Below, piece after piece: positions 15,230 to 34,322 of a stretch of DNA of 64,000 bases (position 1 is the first letter of the stretch; every line of letters starts with the position of its first letter). Made by a program: the position numbers and the translations under genes. Source of the stretch: the human T2T-CHM13v2.0 reference genome, Homo sapiens; assembly GCF_009914755.1 (NCBI RefSeq), contig NC_060926.1; one strand, written 5' to 3'. Under the pieces are notes generated by a model. That model saw only the letters and a program-made list of their open reading frames with translations. It ran no database searches and was not told the origin of the DNA.

Positions 15230-15405
15230 CTGCAGATGGGGGGAAAAAAAAAAGAAAACAAATTAGAACTTTTTTTTTTTTAAGAGACAGGGTCTTACTA
15301 TATTGTCCAGGATGGCCTCAAACTCCTGGGCTCAAGCAACCCTCCCACCTCAGCCTCCCAGAATAGCTGGGAGTATGGGAAATCAAGACTTCTTAAAGAA
15401 TAGAG

Positions 15406-15523
15406 TTTTTTTCCCCTCAAATGATCATTGTGTTCTTATTAGGATATAGTGCATAACAAATCACCATGTCCACAGAAGAAAATTCATTGTCTAAAAATAA
15501 TCTATTGGCAACAATTATTTTTC
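15406..15523. repeat. Inverted repeat arm (partner at 12518-12635)
   Basis: Reverse complement aligns to 12518-12635 with two long perfect blocks. Confidence 0.9.
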
Positions 15524-15554
15524 TTTTAAATGTATGATGCTTCACTTCTGTTAG

Positions 15555-15869
<315 letters not shown>

Positions 15870-16039
15870 TAGTATTTGTAATCAGCTTATGGCAGAATAC
15901 ATTTTGAGGATTCATCTCATCTTCCTTCAGATGTCAAAATGGTACAATCTAGTTAGGAGCTCTGAGAATTGCTATTTCCTCCATTCCTAAAACAGGACAA
16001 GCAGCAACAGAACTGTCTAGATCTAAAATACTGATGGAG

Positions 16040-16120
16040 GAGTATCCTTTTTCCAAAATGATTAGGACCAGAAGTGTTTTGAATTTTGGAGTATTTCAAA
16101 TTAGGAATGCTCAATTTACA
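16040..16120 (+). mobile_element. Tigger4a/MER46-like TcMar MITE remnant
   Basis: gagtatcctttttccaaaatgattaggaccagaagtgttttg...ggaatgctcaa resembles the recalled Tigger4a termini. Confidence 0.55.
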
Positions 16121-16253
16121 GATAATTCACTTATTTGTTTACTCTGTCTAGTATGTAATCTCTGAGAGCAAAGACTTTTGTTCACTAATGTGAACACGGT
16201 AGATAGGTGGCCCGCCAACACCGCCAAAAGGGCAAACCACAATGGAAATGCTA

Positions 16254-16571
<318 letters not shown>

Positions 16572-16774
16572 TCAACAAACAAACCAAACCTAACAAACCA
16601 AACAAAAACCAAAACTCTCAAATCATAGCTTTTGGTCATCATCAGTATGTTATAAAACATCTCTGGGGCCGGGTGCGGTGGCTCACGCCTGTAATCCCAG
16701 CACTTTGCGAAGCCAAGGCAGGCCGTCACTTGAGGCCAGGAGTTTAAGACATAACGGGTCATCTTCACAGATAA

Positions 16775-17095
<321 letters not shown>

Positions 17096-18538
17096 TAGTA
17101 GAGACGGGGTTTCTCCATGTTGGTCAGGCTGGTCTTGAACTCCTGACCTCATGTGATCCGCCAGCCTCAGCCTCCCAAATTGCTGGGATTACAGACGTGA
17201 GCCACCCTGCCCGACCCAAAATTTATCTTTCAACATTCTGTTCCTAATCTAATAAATGTAAGCTTCAACTATGGTCCCTAGACAATTATCCTACAAACCT
17301 TCGTTTCCAGGTGTATTATCTCCTAAACTTACAAATGACTCCTAAATCTGGCCATTCTGACCTTTCCAACTCATTAGGACAAGTTAGAAACTATTACTTT
17401 TTCTTACATCCAGCGTTACCTATCTTAGCGCCATCACATTCCCAGTTACTTGGGCTGATGACTGCAAACACATGTAAGGTGTACTTTATATACGTGGGTC
17501 TTTATATGCTTTCTCACTGAATCCTCACAGCAAGCCTACACGATGGCTAAAAAGAAATGATCCCATAGCTGGGGGAGATTAAGCCAAATACTTTCCAGGA
17601 CACCAGGCCTTTAACATCTGCCCCAACCTAGCTTTCTAATCTCACCTCTTCTGTAAACATACTACTATTCTCCAACCCAAAAGAACTACTATACTCAATA
17701 TACACTCGGGCAAGATCTCTAAACCTCTGTCCTGACTTTTCCTTCCAGATTTTTCTATTTCAACTCGATTTCTCTTAATCTTAACTCTAAAAAGCAAACA
17801 TTTTCCTCCAATTTTATAAGTGAATCTTTGGCACAGAGGTTACAGGTCACTAAGACATGAAGTAACGGAAGCAGAGAATGAAACTCTGGTCTTCCTGATT
17901 TCCAACGTGTGCCACACACTTCCACAAAAAAAACAAATAATTGTTTCTTGATTTGCCTATGTTTCACTGCACATGCGGAGACGACATCAACGTAACTTTT
18001 CCGCAACTATTTCAAACACGACACGTAAGTCGGTTCCCACATCCATCCCAGTACAATGGGCCCCGCCCCAATTTAGACTCGGAGAGTTCACCCAATTCGT
18101 CTCAACAGTTGTGCCAAGTGAAGTTTATTTAATAGTTCTTTAAATAAGAATAACAAAGCTGAAAGATACTGTGCATTCTACCAGTTCCAATAAGCAATAA
18201 GCGACAGCCCTCAAGCGTCAGATCCCTAGTGAAGACTGCATGCAATCCTCGGCATTTTGAACTGCTTTCGGCTCCAATATGAATGATGCACAGTGCAGGA
18301 TGAAAAACTAAGGGAGATTAAGATGCAAAATGGGGCAAGTCCAAAGGCCTCCATACTCCGGGTTGGCGATCATCGGCAGAAAAACAGAAATAAGGATCCC
18401 TCCACTGGGCTGCTTCTATAGGGAGGACAAGAGAGGATCACCCGAAGAAATGGGAAATGAGCCAAACCCGCTCAAGCCCACGATGAGAGCGCAGAGCACA
18501 ACCCCGCGGCGCCGCGGGTCAGGCCATGAGAGTGATAC

Positions 18539-18665
18539 CTTTGGCGGCGGAAATGTTGCTGAAGCGGATCTGGGCTGGCTTGTCGCGGTCCTGATAGGCG
18601 CCTTTCCCGCGGCCGCCGGCAGCCCCGGCAGTCGCCCCGCTCCGGGGTGCCACATTCTCGGGCAT
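18539..18665 (-). CDS. CCT4: CCT4 coding exon 1 ([42 protein letters not shown])
   Basis: ATG in GCCATGC context at 18665; donor AAG/gtatca; 127 coding nt, in phase with exon 2; recognisable CCT4 N-terminus. Confidence 0.98.
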
Positions 18666-18757
18666 GGCAAACTCCGCTGTGTCTGGGTTGGCTCGGGAAG
18701 GACGGATGGACCCGGATTCTGGCCGGCCGCAGTGTAATAACGGTAAGCCCTCACTGC

Positions 18758-18777
18758 CTTCACGAACCTTCCAGAAA
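18758..18777. promoter_or_regulatory. Heat-shock element (HSF1/HSF2 site), four perfect inverted nGAAn units
   Basis: Sequence cTTCa-cGAAc-cTTCc-aGAAa about 95 nt upstream of the CCT4 ATG; CCT genes are known HSF targets. Confidence 0.85.
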
Positions 18778-19244
18778 GCGGCGCCGGCGTCGGGAGGAAG
18801 CGGAGGCGGAGAAGGGGGCCTTCCTTGCCGCGCGGCGCTGGCGTGACGTAGGAGGCTGTCCGCTGCGCGCCGGGCGAGGAGGATGCGTGCGGTGGGCTCC
18901 GGGCTGGCGAGATTGTACGCCCGGGGCGCTGTGGGTGAAGAGCGCCGGGGGAACCTTTACGCGAGGCAGCAATGACAACGCGCGATTTTAAAGGCGAGTG
19001 GTGAGGACATCCGCATTTCCTCACTCCACCTTGCACGGCTATGAGGTCCCCTCCTTTTTTTTTTTTTTTTTTCTTTTTTTGGATACAGTCTCACTCTGTT
19101 GCCCAGGCTGGAGTGCAGTGGCGCAAAATCTCGGCTCACTGCAGCCTCCGCCTCCCAGGTTCAAGCGATCCTCCTCAGCCTCCCGAGTAGCTGGGATTAC
19201 AGGCGTCCGCCACCATGCCCAGCTAATTTTTGTATTTTTAGTAG

Positions 19245-19589
<345 letters not shown>

Positions 19590-20401
19590 TGACCTCCCCG
19601 GCTCAAAGCGGTCCACCCTCCTCAGCGTTTCAAAGTACTGGGATTACAGGCGTGAGCCACCGCGCCCACCCGGAGGTCCCCTCCTTTAACTCCGGCTGGA
19701 TCTATCCGCGAGGTGGGGTGGGCGCCGGAATAACTCTCTAAGGGATGTGACTGAGTCTGTTTTTGCCCGGCCACATAGACCTGCATTTTATGCAGTTTTG
19801 TTCATTTTGAAAGGGAGTCAGAAAAGGGAGATTTGGAATGAGGCGAGGTTAGTTATCTCGTATTGGTTGATACTGGGTGGTGGAGGTTTGACAGACTGCC
19901 AAATCAGGTCTGTCTAGTTACCACCACCCGCTTGTTCTACACTAGTGTCTCCTGCATGACGTAGCCACTGACTCTTAGGGAACGTAAACATTATAATAAA
20001 GATCATTTATTTCCGTTATCTGCTAAGCACAGTGCTAAACCTTTACACGTTTTATATCTCGTTTAGTCCTCACAATAATCCTTTACTTAAAAGGTGAGAG
20101 AACTGGAGCCCAAAGAAGGAACTGAAGCCCAGGGTAAACGAGTCAGTAGATAGAAGCAGTATTCCAATACAAAGCAAGGACCAGAAGCCATGAGCTAAAC
20201 TGCTGGTCTCCTATGACCACTATATTTCAGTAGGGAAGTTTATGAAATGAGGTTTGTTGAATGTTCGCTCACAATTATTAAGCACCTGCAAAGTGACAGT
20301 TGCGTGTGGTAGGTTCAGAAACAAATGTTCAAAGGTACTTAATCTTGTAATTATGAGGTGGTGGTGGTGTTGTTTGTTTGTTTGTTTTTGTTTGTTTTTG
20401 A

Positions 20402-20701
<300 letters not shown>

Positions 20702-20800
20702 TAGCATATTAGCACTAGGGGCCTGGCTCAGTAGCTCACGCCTGTAATCCCAGCACTTTGGGAGGCCGAGGTGGGTGGATCGCTTTAGGTCAGGAGTTTA

Positions 20801-21223
<423 letters not shown>

Positions 21224-21589
21224 CTATGTGACCTAAGGAAGGCCACTTAAATCCTTTGGGTCTCATTTTCCTCATCTGTAAAATAGGAGGGTTGAACTAG
21301 ATGATCTCTAGGGGCTTACTAAACTACTAGTTCTACCAGTGTAAGGAGTCGATCTGTCAGCCATAAAGGACAGAGCAGAATTTGGAAGATGCCATTATTG
21401 GCTTCTTAGGAGAGTCTTAAAGTTTTGAGACATGCTTTAAGTATCTGAAATGTTTCAAGTTATAAACATTTCTTTTTCTGTGAAATTGGAATTATTTTTG
21501 TTCGTGGGATTAGGCAGTAAATAAATGTTAAACATCAGCTTTCATCAGAGTGTTAATGTACATTATTTCTCCATTAAAATGGGATTTCA

Positions 21590-21718
<129 letters not shown>

Positions 21719-21755
21719 CTACTAAAAATACAAAAATTAGCCAGGCGTGGTGTCA

Positions 21756-21923
<168 letters not shown>

Positions 21924-21948
21924 TTAAGCAAAGCACTGTTGCTAATGA

Positions 21949-22169
<221 letters not shown>

Positions 22170-22664
22170 TAGTAGAGAGGGGGTTTCACCGTGTTAGCCA
22201 GAATGGTCTCGATCTCCTGACCCGGTGATCCGCCTGCCTTGGCCTCCCAAAGTGCTGGGATAAAAGGCATGAGCCACCATGCCCGGCCAGCTTTCCTATA
22301 TTTAAAAAATACTTTCCAAAACAAAACAAAACCAAACAAACAAAAATACTTTCCTGTCAGATCCAAGCAGACGTAAGGCATATGTGGGAATGTTGGCAAT
22401 AACAATACAATTTCCTTAATAATTTATGAAATAGGTTTTACAAAACAATAATACTTTGTCAGCCATCCAAATGAAGGTTCTCTTTAGAATGAATAGCCCA
22501 CGATGTCCTAGACCCTCAATAATAGGACTGAGCCAGGAACTGGTTAAGGTTAGAAAAGAAGAGAGGAGGGGCCAGGTGCAGTGGCTCATGCTGTAATCCC
22601 AGCACCTTGGGAGGCGGAGGAGGGTGGATCACCTGAGGTCAGGGGATTGAGACCATCCTGGCTA

Positions 22665-22897
<233 letters not shown>

Positions 22898-23045
22898 TTA
22901 TCTCTCTTAGGTTTTACTCCAATTCAAAGACAGTGTTTGTTGTTATTTTGTATTTTTCTCTGCATTAGTTTATTATCGAGACCACCATTAAGCCCCGTTT
23001 TCCTAAGCCTTACTGTTTGCATCGTTCTTTTTTTTTCCCCCCTGA

Positions 23046-23153
<108 letters not shown>

Positions 23154-23324
23154 TAGCTGGGACTATAGGCATGCGCCACCGTGGTCGGCTAATTTTGTAT
23201 TTTTAGTAGAGACGGGGTTTCACCATGTTGGCCAGGCTGGTTTCGAACTCCCGACCACAGGTGATCTGCCCACCTTGGCCTTTCAAAGTACTGGGATTAC
23301 AGGTGTGAGCCACCATGCCTGGCC

Positions 23325-23435
23325 TCATTCTATGTTTTTAAGTTTAGCTTGCAATAGTAACATGAAGCAGAGGCCTTGTTTCATTAAGTATATTTTGATT
23401 TTCCTAATTTTCCTAGAAAGGTTTCTAGTTAACAT
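23325..23435. repeat. 111-bp inverted repeat arm (partner at 24712-24822)
   Basis: 9 mismatches in 111 bp, no indels, versus the reverse complement of 24712-24822. Confidence 0.95.
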
Positions 23436-24431
23436 TTTTGTTACTTTCTAACCTTCCCAGTTAAAATATTTGTCTGAAAATGGGAAGAGGTTGATTGTTG
23501 GCAATAGTAAAAAATAAAAATTTAAAAGTTTAAGAAAAACAAATAAAAATGAAAATGGGAAGAGGAAAAGCCAAAGGAGGGTGCTGGCAAACTTAGAAGT
23601 TTTGTGATGTGTGAGTAAACAGCCAGGTTTTCTATCGAAAAACAGGAATGAACTAAACTTTCATTATTGTAGTACTAACAAGAGTTATAGGCCGGGCGCC
23701 TTGGCTCACGCCTGTAATCCCAGCACTTTGGGAGGCTGAGGCAGGCAGATAGCTTGAGGTCAGGAGTTCGAGACCAGCCTGGCCAACGTGGTGAAACCCT
23801 GTCTCTACTAAAAATACAAAAATTAGCTGGGCATGGTGGCACATGCCTATAATCTCAGCTACTCAGGAGGGTGAGGAAGGAGAATTGCTTGAACCTGGCA
23901 GGCGGAGGTTGCAGTGAGCTGAAATCACACCATTGCACTCCAGCTTGGGCAACAAGAACCTCCATCTCAAAAAAAAAAAAAAAATTGAGAAAAATTGCAA
24001 ATTTGTGGGCAAAAGACATGAGTGTTGTTTTAGGGGTCCAGGATGTGGTGGGGCACAATACAAAAAGTAAGGCAAGCTGGGCACAGTGGTGTGTGCCTGT
24101 AGTCCCACTACTCACGAAGTTCAGGTAAGAGAACAGCTTGAGCCCAGGAGTTAAAGGATGCACTCTTATGATTGTGCCTGTGACTAGCCATTGAACTCTA
24201 GTCTGGGCAACATAGCAAAACCCCATCATTGTTTTTAAAAAGTAAGACAAGCTGACTTTATTTATTTATTTTTTTGAGATGGAGTCTTGCTCTGTCACAC
24301 AGGCTGGAGTGCAGTAGCACGATCTTGGCTCACTGCAACCTCTGCCTTCCAGGTTAAATGGATTCTCCTGTCTCACTCAGCCTCCCAAATAGCTGGGACT
24401 ACAGTATCGTGCAACTACAACTGGCTATTGA

Positions 24432-24605
<174 letters not shown>

Positions 24606-24619
24606 TGAAAAAAAAAAAA

Positions 24620-25330
24620 TATTAATCAAGTTCCTAGATCCAACTACCAATGTATGGGTTTACAAGAAATACAAGGATTTCTTGTATTTGTTAATGTGAA
24701 ATGTGACGTAAATGTGGACTAGAAACGTTTCAAGGAAAATTAAGAAAATCAAAATATACTTAATGAAACTAGGCCTCTGCTTCATGTTACTATTGCAAGC
24801 TAAATTAAAAAAAATAGAATGATGATATATATATATTTATATATTTTTTAATTAAAAAAAAAATTTTTTTTTTTTGAGATGGAGTCTCACTCTGTAGCCC
24901 AGGCTGGAGTGCAATGGTGCGATCTTGACTCACTGCAACCTCCACCTCCCAGGTTCAAGCAGTTCTCTGCCTCAGACTCCCAAGTAGCTGGGATTACAGG
25001 CATGCACCACCACGCCCAGCTAATTTTGTATTTTTAGTAGAGGCAGGGTTTCACCACGTTGGCCAGGCTGGTCTCAAACTCCTGACCTCAGGTGATCCAC
25101 CTGCCTACCAAAGTGCTGGGATTACAGGTGTCAGCCACTACACCTGGTCTAGAAGAATATATTTTTAAAATAGTACCATGAGGATGCAATCAGTAAAATG
25201 TAGAATGTGAAAAACTCTTTAGGACAAATGACCTATAAATAAATTGCAAGAAAATTAACAATAGCAACAATGAAGATGAAAGGGTAACTTATGGAATAAG
25301 AGAGATTTAAGAAAGTGAGAGATTTAAGAC
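24620..25330 (+). mobile_element. L1MC-like 3' fragment interrupted by the inverted copy and an Alu
   Basis: tagatccaactaccaat...aatacaagg and taccatgaggatgcaatcag...ggacaaatgacc...aaataaattgcaag match the recalled L1MC4/5 3'UTR. Confidence 0.55.
24712..24822. repeat. 111-bp inverted repeat arm (partner at 23325-23435)
   Basis: Same alignment; sits inside an L1MC-like fragment. Confidence 0.95.
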
Positions 25331-25334
25331 AGCC

Positions 25335-26317
25335 AGGAGAGTGACATCAGCAAAATGGGAGACCAGGAGCTGCCTCACTTGTGTCTCCCCACAGCGACAA
25401 TAGTTTTTAGCTTTTCAGCTGTCCACAGATAAAAGTACCTCTGTTGGGAACTAGGTAGGAGACTGTGAAACACTTGTGGAGCCCAAGATCCAGGAAGGCT
25501 GTTTTGAGACAGCAGAACCGCACCCAGGTAGCAGACTCGTTGATCGAGGTTGCAGCTCCAGACTTGGAAATGGTGCTACCTCCCTGTGGACCTGGCTACA
25601 GCCCTCTTTGGCCTTGGTCCTGCTACTAGACCATCTGCTTAGGGATCTGGAGGAGTCATAACTACTTGTGTCTCAGGTGGCAAGGCCCACCAACATCAGT
25701 TTCATAGCAGACCCTGCAACAGCTCTAAGTCTCAGCCCCAGCCCTCCTCTGAGAGCAATCCTGCCCGCAAAGAGACCCAGGGGTGATATGCTACCCATGC
25801 CCCAGGAAGCAGGCCTGCAGATTTCACTTTTGCCTGTGGACCCTGAAGCAGCCCAATGACTTGGTTCCAGCCCCTCTTAACTACCGTTAGGGCCAGTACT
25901 GCCTGCCCAAGGACTCACCCAGTGACCTAGCAGGAAGCTTACCAGGAAACAGGAGGAAGCCACACCAGTCTGTGCATCTGGTAATAGGCGCATTGTCTGC
26001 AGACCTCCATCCCAACACCAGCCCTACTGACCAAGGTCCTAGGGGCAGTCCAGTCCACCCATGGACCAGACAGGATCCACACCCATTAGAGCCCATGGTA
26101 ACAAGCTTGCCAACTGTGAACTCCACTGTGGACCCAGCTCCAACCCCATTTGAGTGCCATCCCATCAATTCAGGGACCCAATAGGAGAAGGCCTTTTCCT
26201 GCTAAAACTAGTCTATAAAGACTGGAAGAGGTGTTTGTTGCTTTAAATACATAAACACCAATGCAAAGTTACATGGATAACAAAGACTCAGGTAAACATG
26301 ACACCATCAAAGGAAAC
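25335..26317 (+). mobile_element. Old L1M 5'UTR and start of ORF1
   Basis: Starts ggagagtgacatcagcaaaatgg; GC-rich body; ends ctataaagactggaagaggtg...ggtaaacatgacaccatcaaaggaa, typical of the L1M ORF1 start region. Confidence 0.7.
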
Positions 26318-26405
26318 TGCTATGGTTTGAATATCTTTGTCCACTCCAAAATTCATGTGTTGGAAACTTAATCTCCAATGCAACAGCGTTGGGAAGTGGG
26401 GCCTC
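26318..26405 (+). mobile_element. MST/MLT (MaLR) LTR 5' fragment
   Basis: tgctatggtttgaatat...aaaattcatgtgttggaaacttaatc. Confidence 0.7.
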
Positions 26406-26799
26406 CTCCAGTTCCTTTGCCACACTGCTACCACAGAGGGATCTTTTAAGAACTCAAATCTGGCTGGGTGAGGTGGCTCATGCCTGTAATCCCAGCACTT
26501 TGGGAGGCTGAGGCAGGAGAATAGCTTGAGCCCAGGAATTTGAGATCAGCCTGGGCAACATAGTGAGATCCTGTCTCTAAAAAAAAAAATTAGCTGGGCA
26601 CAGTGATCTGCACCTGTAGTCCTAGCTACTCGAGAGGCTGAGGCAGGAGGATCCTTTTGAGCCTAGAAGTTCGAGGTTGCAGTGAGATAGGATCACACCA
26701 CTGCACTGGGTGGCAGAGTGAGACCCTATCTCAGAAAAAAACAAAACCCCAAATCTGATCTTGTTATTACTCCTCTGCTTACAACTCTTCAGGGACTCC

Positions 26800-27627
<828 letters not shown>

Positions 27628-28338
27628 CTTCCCAATGGTTAAGTATAAAAATTGGCATTACTTGGGAGGCCGAGGTGGGTGGATCACCTGAGTTCAGGAG
27701 TTTGACACCAGCCTGGCCAACATGATGAAATCCCGTCTGTACTAAAAATACAAAAAATTAGCTGGGCGTGGTGGTGCATGCCTGTAATCCCAGTTACTCA
27801 GGAGGCTGAGGCAGGAGAATCGCGTGAACCCAGGAGGCGGAGGTTGCAGTGAACCAAGATTGCGCCACTAGACTCCAGCCTGGGCAACAAGAGCAAAACT
27901 CTGTCTTTAAAAAAAATATATATATATTGGCCATTACATGTAAACTCTTTATCCCTATGTCCTAGGCCCTGTCTGTTTTTTCAGATTTATTACCCTAGGC
28001 TCCTGGTTCCATTCTTGCTATACTATTTACAGAGGACTCAACACCTCACTCTGTTTCATGCCTCCATATATAGGGACGAGTTATTTCATCTGCAGCATAT
28101 TCTGATATTCACCATTAAGCCTCTCCTGACCTACTCCAGCTGAGTTAATGGAATCTTCTTCTACCAGCAAACCTGATAGCTACTTTTAGGTACTAAGTAA
28201 TAACAACTCAGTCCATTGTATTTTAATAATTTATTTACATGTAATTTTCCCTTACCAGAATGTAAGATTTTAAGGCAGAGACAGTCATTCATTTCTGTAT
28301 CTCCTGGAGCCAAGAAGAATGGATTGCAAATGCTCTCA

Positions 28339-28488
<150 letters not shown>

Positions 28489-29248
28489 CTAGACGGGCTG
28501 GCACACATCTGTAGTCCCATCTATGCGGGAGGTTGAGGCAGAAGGATAGCTTGAGCCAGGGAGGTTGGGTTTGCAGTAAGCTGGGATCACGCCACTGCAC
28601 TGCAGCCTGGATGACAGAGTGAGACCCTGTCTCAAGAAAATAAAATCTGTTGAGTGGCCAGTTGAGCGAAGGGTGAATGTTAATAACAGCAGAATTGGAG
28701 AAAGTAGAATGAAGACAGAGGGCAGGTAGAGCTCATTGTAAAACTTTGGGGCCCTTGGGTTTGCACACATTTCAGTTCACGTTTTATATAATATTTTAAT
28801 GTTTTCAGAGGTGGAAAACCTCATTAAAAAAACACCTATTACTTGCCTGGGACCAGTTGCTTAATGGAACTTAGGATGAAAACCTATTTGGCCACAATAG
28901 AAAGGAAACCTGTTTACAAGGAGGGCTTAGTTAGGTATTTATAATTTCCCTTTGCATCAAGGCTTCAGGGTCTTTTTCTTACCGTTTCCTTGCCTTAGAC
29001 AATTCTTTTAATAGGCCTATACCCAGCTTTGTTATCTACAAAATAGGTTGTTTTGAGAGTTAATAAAATAAAACTTTGTACTTGGATCCTTTTGCTTGAA
29101 AGCCATTCTAAAAATGCAGCTGCTACCAAGTTTCAACAGTTACATTGGCAATAGCAGCCCCTGGTGGCACAGGAATTTATGTTATTGCTCACTCTGATAT
29201 TTTGGAACGTGCTGTAGGCTCAGGCAGGCAGTAATATGTCCAGTGATA

Positions 29249-29774
29249 TGTGGCAGAATATGCTATCCCAAAATATGCCACTTTGGCATAAGGATTATTT
29301 TGAGCTAAAGACACATTAAAAAAAATAGGTGCAAGAAGGGACTCTGATTCTTCCCCTTTTCTTCTTTAAAGCAGGAGATAAAACCCCCATATGGAAGATG
29401 TCCTCCCTTTACCAGAAGGAAGGCAACATTCTTATTGTCAAGGATGGGAAGTTGAGACTGAGAAAATTCTGTACAAACAGACCTTGTTAAAATAATTTTT
29501 ATCTTCCTTTAGCCTCCCCACATAGTTTAGTTACTTTTCTGCCATTGCCTGTCTTTGTTCATCCTAATATAAAAGCATTTAAGTGTTCCCACTTTTGTGG
29601 GTCTTCATTTACTTATGAGGGCTTCCATGTCATACATTATATTAAATAATATAAACTTATATTAAATAAGTCTGTATGTCTTTCTCCTGTTAACCTGTCT
29701 TAATGTTAAGTTTAATTCTCGAGTCCAGCCAAAAAACCCTAAGAGGGCAGAGGTAAAATTTTGCCTCTTCTACA
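29249..29774 (+). mobile_element. ERV1 solo LTR, MER34-group
   Basis: tgtggcagaatatgctatcccaaaatatgcc...cttctaca; visibly homologous to 26800-27627 and 58735-60203. Confidence 0.75.
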
Positions 29775-29796
29775 CATACATTTGAGTAGGAGTTAA

Positions 29797-30169
<373 letters not shown>

Positions 30170-30212
30170 TGAAGGTTAATTAGAGCTGGGAGTACTCAGG
30201 AGTTCTTAGTCA

Positions 30213-30890
30213 TGTTAAAAGAAAAACCAAACTCTGTAAAATTTTTTAGATATTTATTCAGGGCCAATGTGACTGATCACAGCCTGGGAAAGACACAAAC
30301 CCAAGGAACTTTGAGTAAGTGGTCCTGAGGTGGTCAGATTACAATTTTATGCATTTCAGGGAGGCAGGAGTTACAGGCAAAGATGTAAGTCAACACATGG
30401 AAGGTGTACATTGGTTCGGTCCAAGAAGTCAGGATATGCTGAAGTGGGGACTTACAAGTTACAGGTGGATTCAGAGATTGTTTAATTTGCAATTGGTTAA
30501 AGTCATAAGGCTCTGTCTAAAACTTGGAGTCAGAAGAAAGAAATGTTGAAGATAAGGATGCTATGTCAGAGTTAGCCACAATATTTTGCGTCAAAATGAC
30601 CTATTCAGCAAGACTGATGGCCTGCAGGCATGACTTAACTCTTGCCTTGCATGGCCTTAGGTCTTTCTATAATTTGGTATCTTATTGCCACAGAGTCTTA
30701 TGATCCCTATTTTAACATTAATGCCAGTCAGTTGTGTCTAAACTCTAAAAGGGAGGAAGTAGAAGGATGAATGTCTGATCTCTTCCTGTTATGGGTGGAA
30801 ACACAATTTTCAGGTTTCTCTGGGGTCCCCTTGGCCAAGAGGAGGTCTGTTCACTCAGTGGGAGGCTTAGGATTTTATTTTTAGTTTACA
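30213..30890 (-). mobile_element. ERV1 solo LTR, MER4-family
   Basis: TG...CA termini with 4-bp TSD GTCA; minus strand starts TGTAAACTAAAAATAAAATCCTAAGCC, like MER4. Confidence 0.8.
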
Positions 30891-31092
30891 GTCAGGACCC
30901 ATGGAAAACTAGGGGGTTTATAGAAAGACTTCTGAGGGATAAAGTAGCCAATAGATATTGTAGGCTACATTTGGTGGGTGTTTATATTTTGGGGAGAAAG
31001 TGTCTGAGGCTTTTATCAGATTCTGAAAGCATCTAGTAATATCAAAAAGTTTAAGATTCATATTCAGTGGACATGGAAAATAAAAATTTTAA

Positions 31093-31323
<231 letters not shown>

Positions 31324-31497
31324 TGAACTCCTGACCTCAGGTGATCTGCCTGCCTCGGCCTCCCAAAATGCTGGAATTACAGGTGTGAGCCACTGCGCAC
31401 GACCAAAACACATTTTTTTAAAAAAAGCAAGGTTCATGGCTTTTCTCTGCAATGTAGAATACACATGTCCTTTAAAGCTTTCATTGAAAGATTTTTA

Positions 31498-31815
<318 letters not shown>

Positions 31816-31989
31816 TTATTTAATTTTTTCATTAAATAACTTTTTATTACAACAGTATTACATGTACACTGTAGATATTTAGAAAAATCAGATAAGCAGA
31901 AAGCCATCCTCAGTTACTAAGAGATGTACACTATAACTATGTTGGTGAATAAACTTCCAGACTTTTTCTACGTAGGTTGATAGATTTGA

Positions 31990-32225
<236 letters not shown>

Positions 32226-32402
32226 TGATCCACCCACCTTGGCCTCCCAAAGTTCTGGGATTACAGGCGTGAGCCACCGCACCCGGCCTAGATTTGACTA
32301 TATAAACATGGAGAAAATATTTGCATGTAGGTAACAAGCACTAATATTTCTATGCATAAAGAGCTCTTAGAAATCACTGAAGTGTCCGGGCACGGTGGCT
32401 CA

Positions 32403-32686
<284 letters not shown>

Positions 32687-33279
32687 TCACTGAAGTGACA
32701 GAAACCCCTATAGAAAATGGACAAGGAAATAGGAAGAAATATAAGCAGCCAATAAATATAGTAAAAAAAATTTACTCTCAAAATTTAAGAAATGCGAATT
32801 AAAACAGTGAGATAATATTTTTCATGTATCATATGGCAAAGGTTATAAAGAATAATATAGCTGGGTACGGTAGTGTGTGCTCATATTCCCAGCTACTTAG
32901 CCTGAGATCGGAGGATAACTTGGGCCTGGGAGGTCGAGACTGCAGTGAGCCAACATCGTGCCACTGCACTCCAGCCTGGGCAACAGAGTGAGACTCTGTC
33001 TCAAAAATTAAATTAAATGAAATTAAAAGAATAATATCAGTCAGTGTTACTAAGGTTTCATAGAAATAGGTGCAGCCTTTCTGGTGGGTAATTTGTAAAT
33101 TACGTGTTTAATAGTGCTTTTTCTGCTTGCCACCTTTTGATTTATGCTTTTTCTTTTTCACCAACCATTCTCTGCAACTTCTGTAAGTACATGTAAAACA
33201 ATCTATAGTTTGTCACTAAGTTTGGTTTACTTGGAGCCATGGAAGCAACTCTGAATTTGCCTTTTATAAAATTATTTTA

Positions 33280-33639
<360 letters not shown>

Positions 33640-33729
33640 TTAATTAAAGTAGTCTAGATGAGTAGATTCTCAACAATGTGGCACTGCCTTGAAAGGGGCA
33701 TTTCAGTTGTCACTTTTTTTTTTTTTTGA

Positions 33730-34012
<283 letters not shown>

Positions 34013-34148
34013 TGAAGGAAGGGTAGGAATGGAATAGGTGGGAGAGAGGTCAGATATATAAGACATCTTCCCATGCAGGGTACGTTCATAAAGGTGAAAA
34101 ACCTGTTTGTTATTATCTAAGCCTAAAGTCAAACTCTATTTTATATAG

Positions 34149-34322
<174 letters not shown>

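Larger units (their letters stand above)
18440..19030. promoter_or_regulatory. CpG-island promoter / 5' end of CCT4, probably bidirectional
   Basis: Very GC- and CpG-rich stretch spanning CCT4 exon 1; CRE-like TGACGTA at 18844, GGAA (ETS) cores, GC boxes; no TATA seen. Confidence 0.9.

Noticed and set aside
18330-19036. 135-206 aa ORFs across the CCT4 promoter
   Set aside because: Stop-poor frames in GC-rich DNA overlapping CCT4 exon 1 out of frame or antisense; no recognisable domain.
25476-26184. Several short ORFs in a GC-richer non-Alu block
   Set aside because: Best explained as an old L1M 5'UTR; no splice or domain support.
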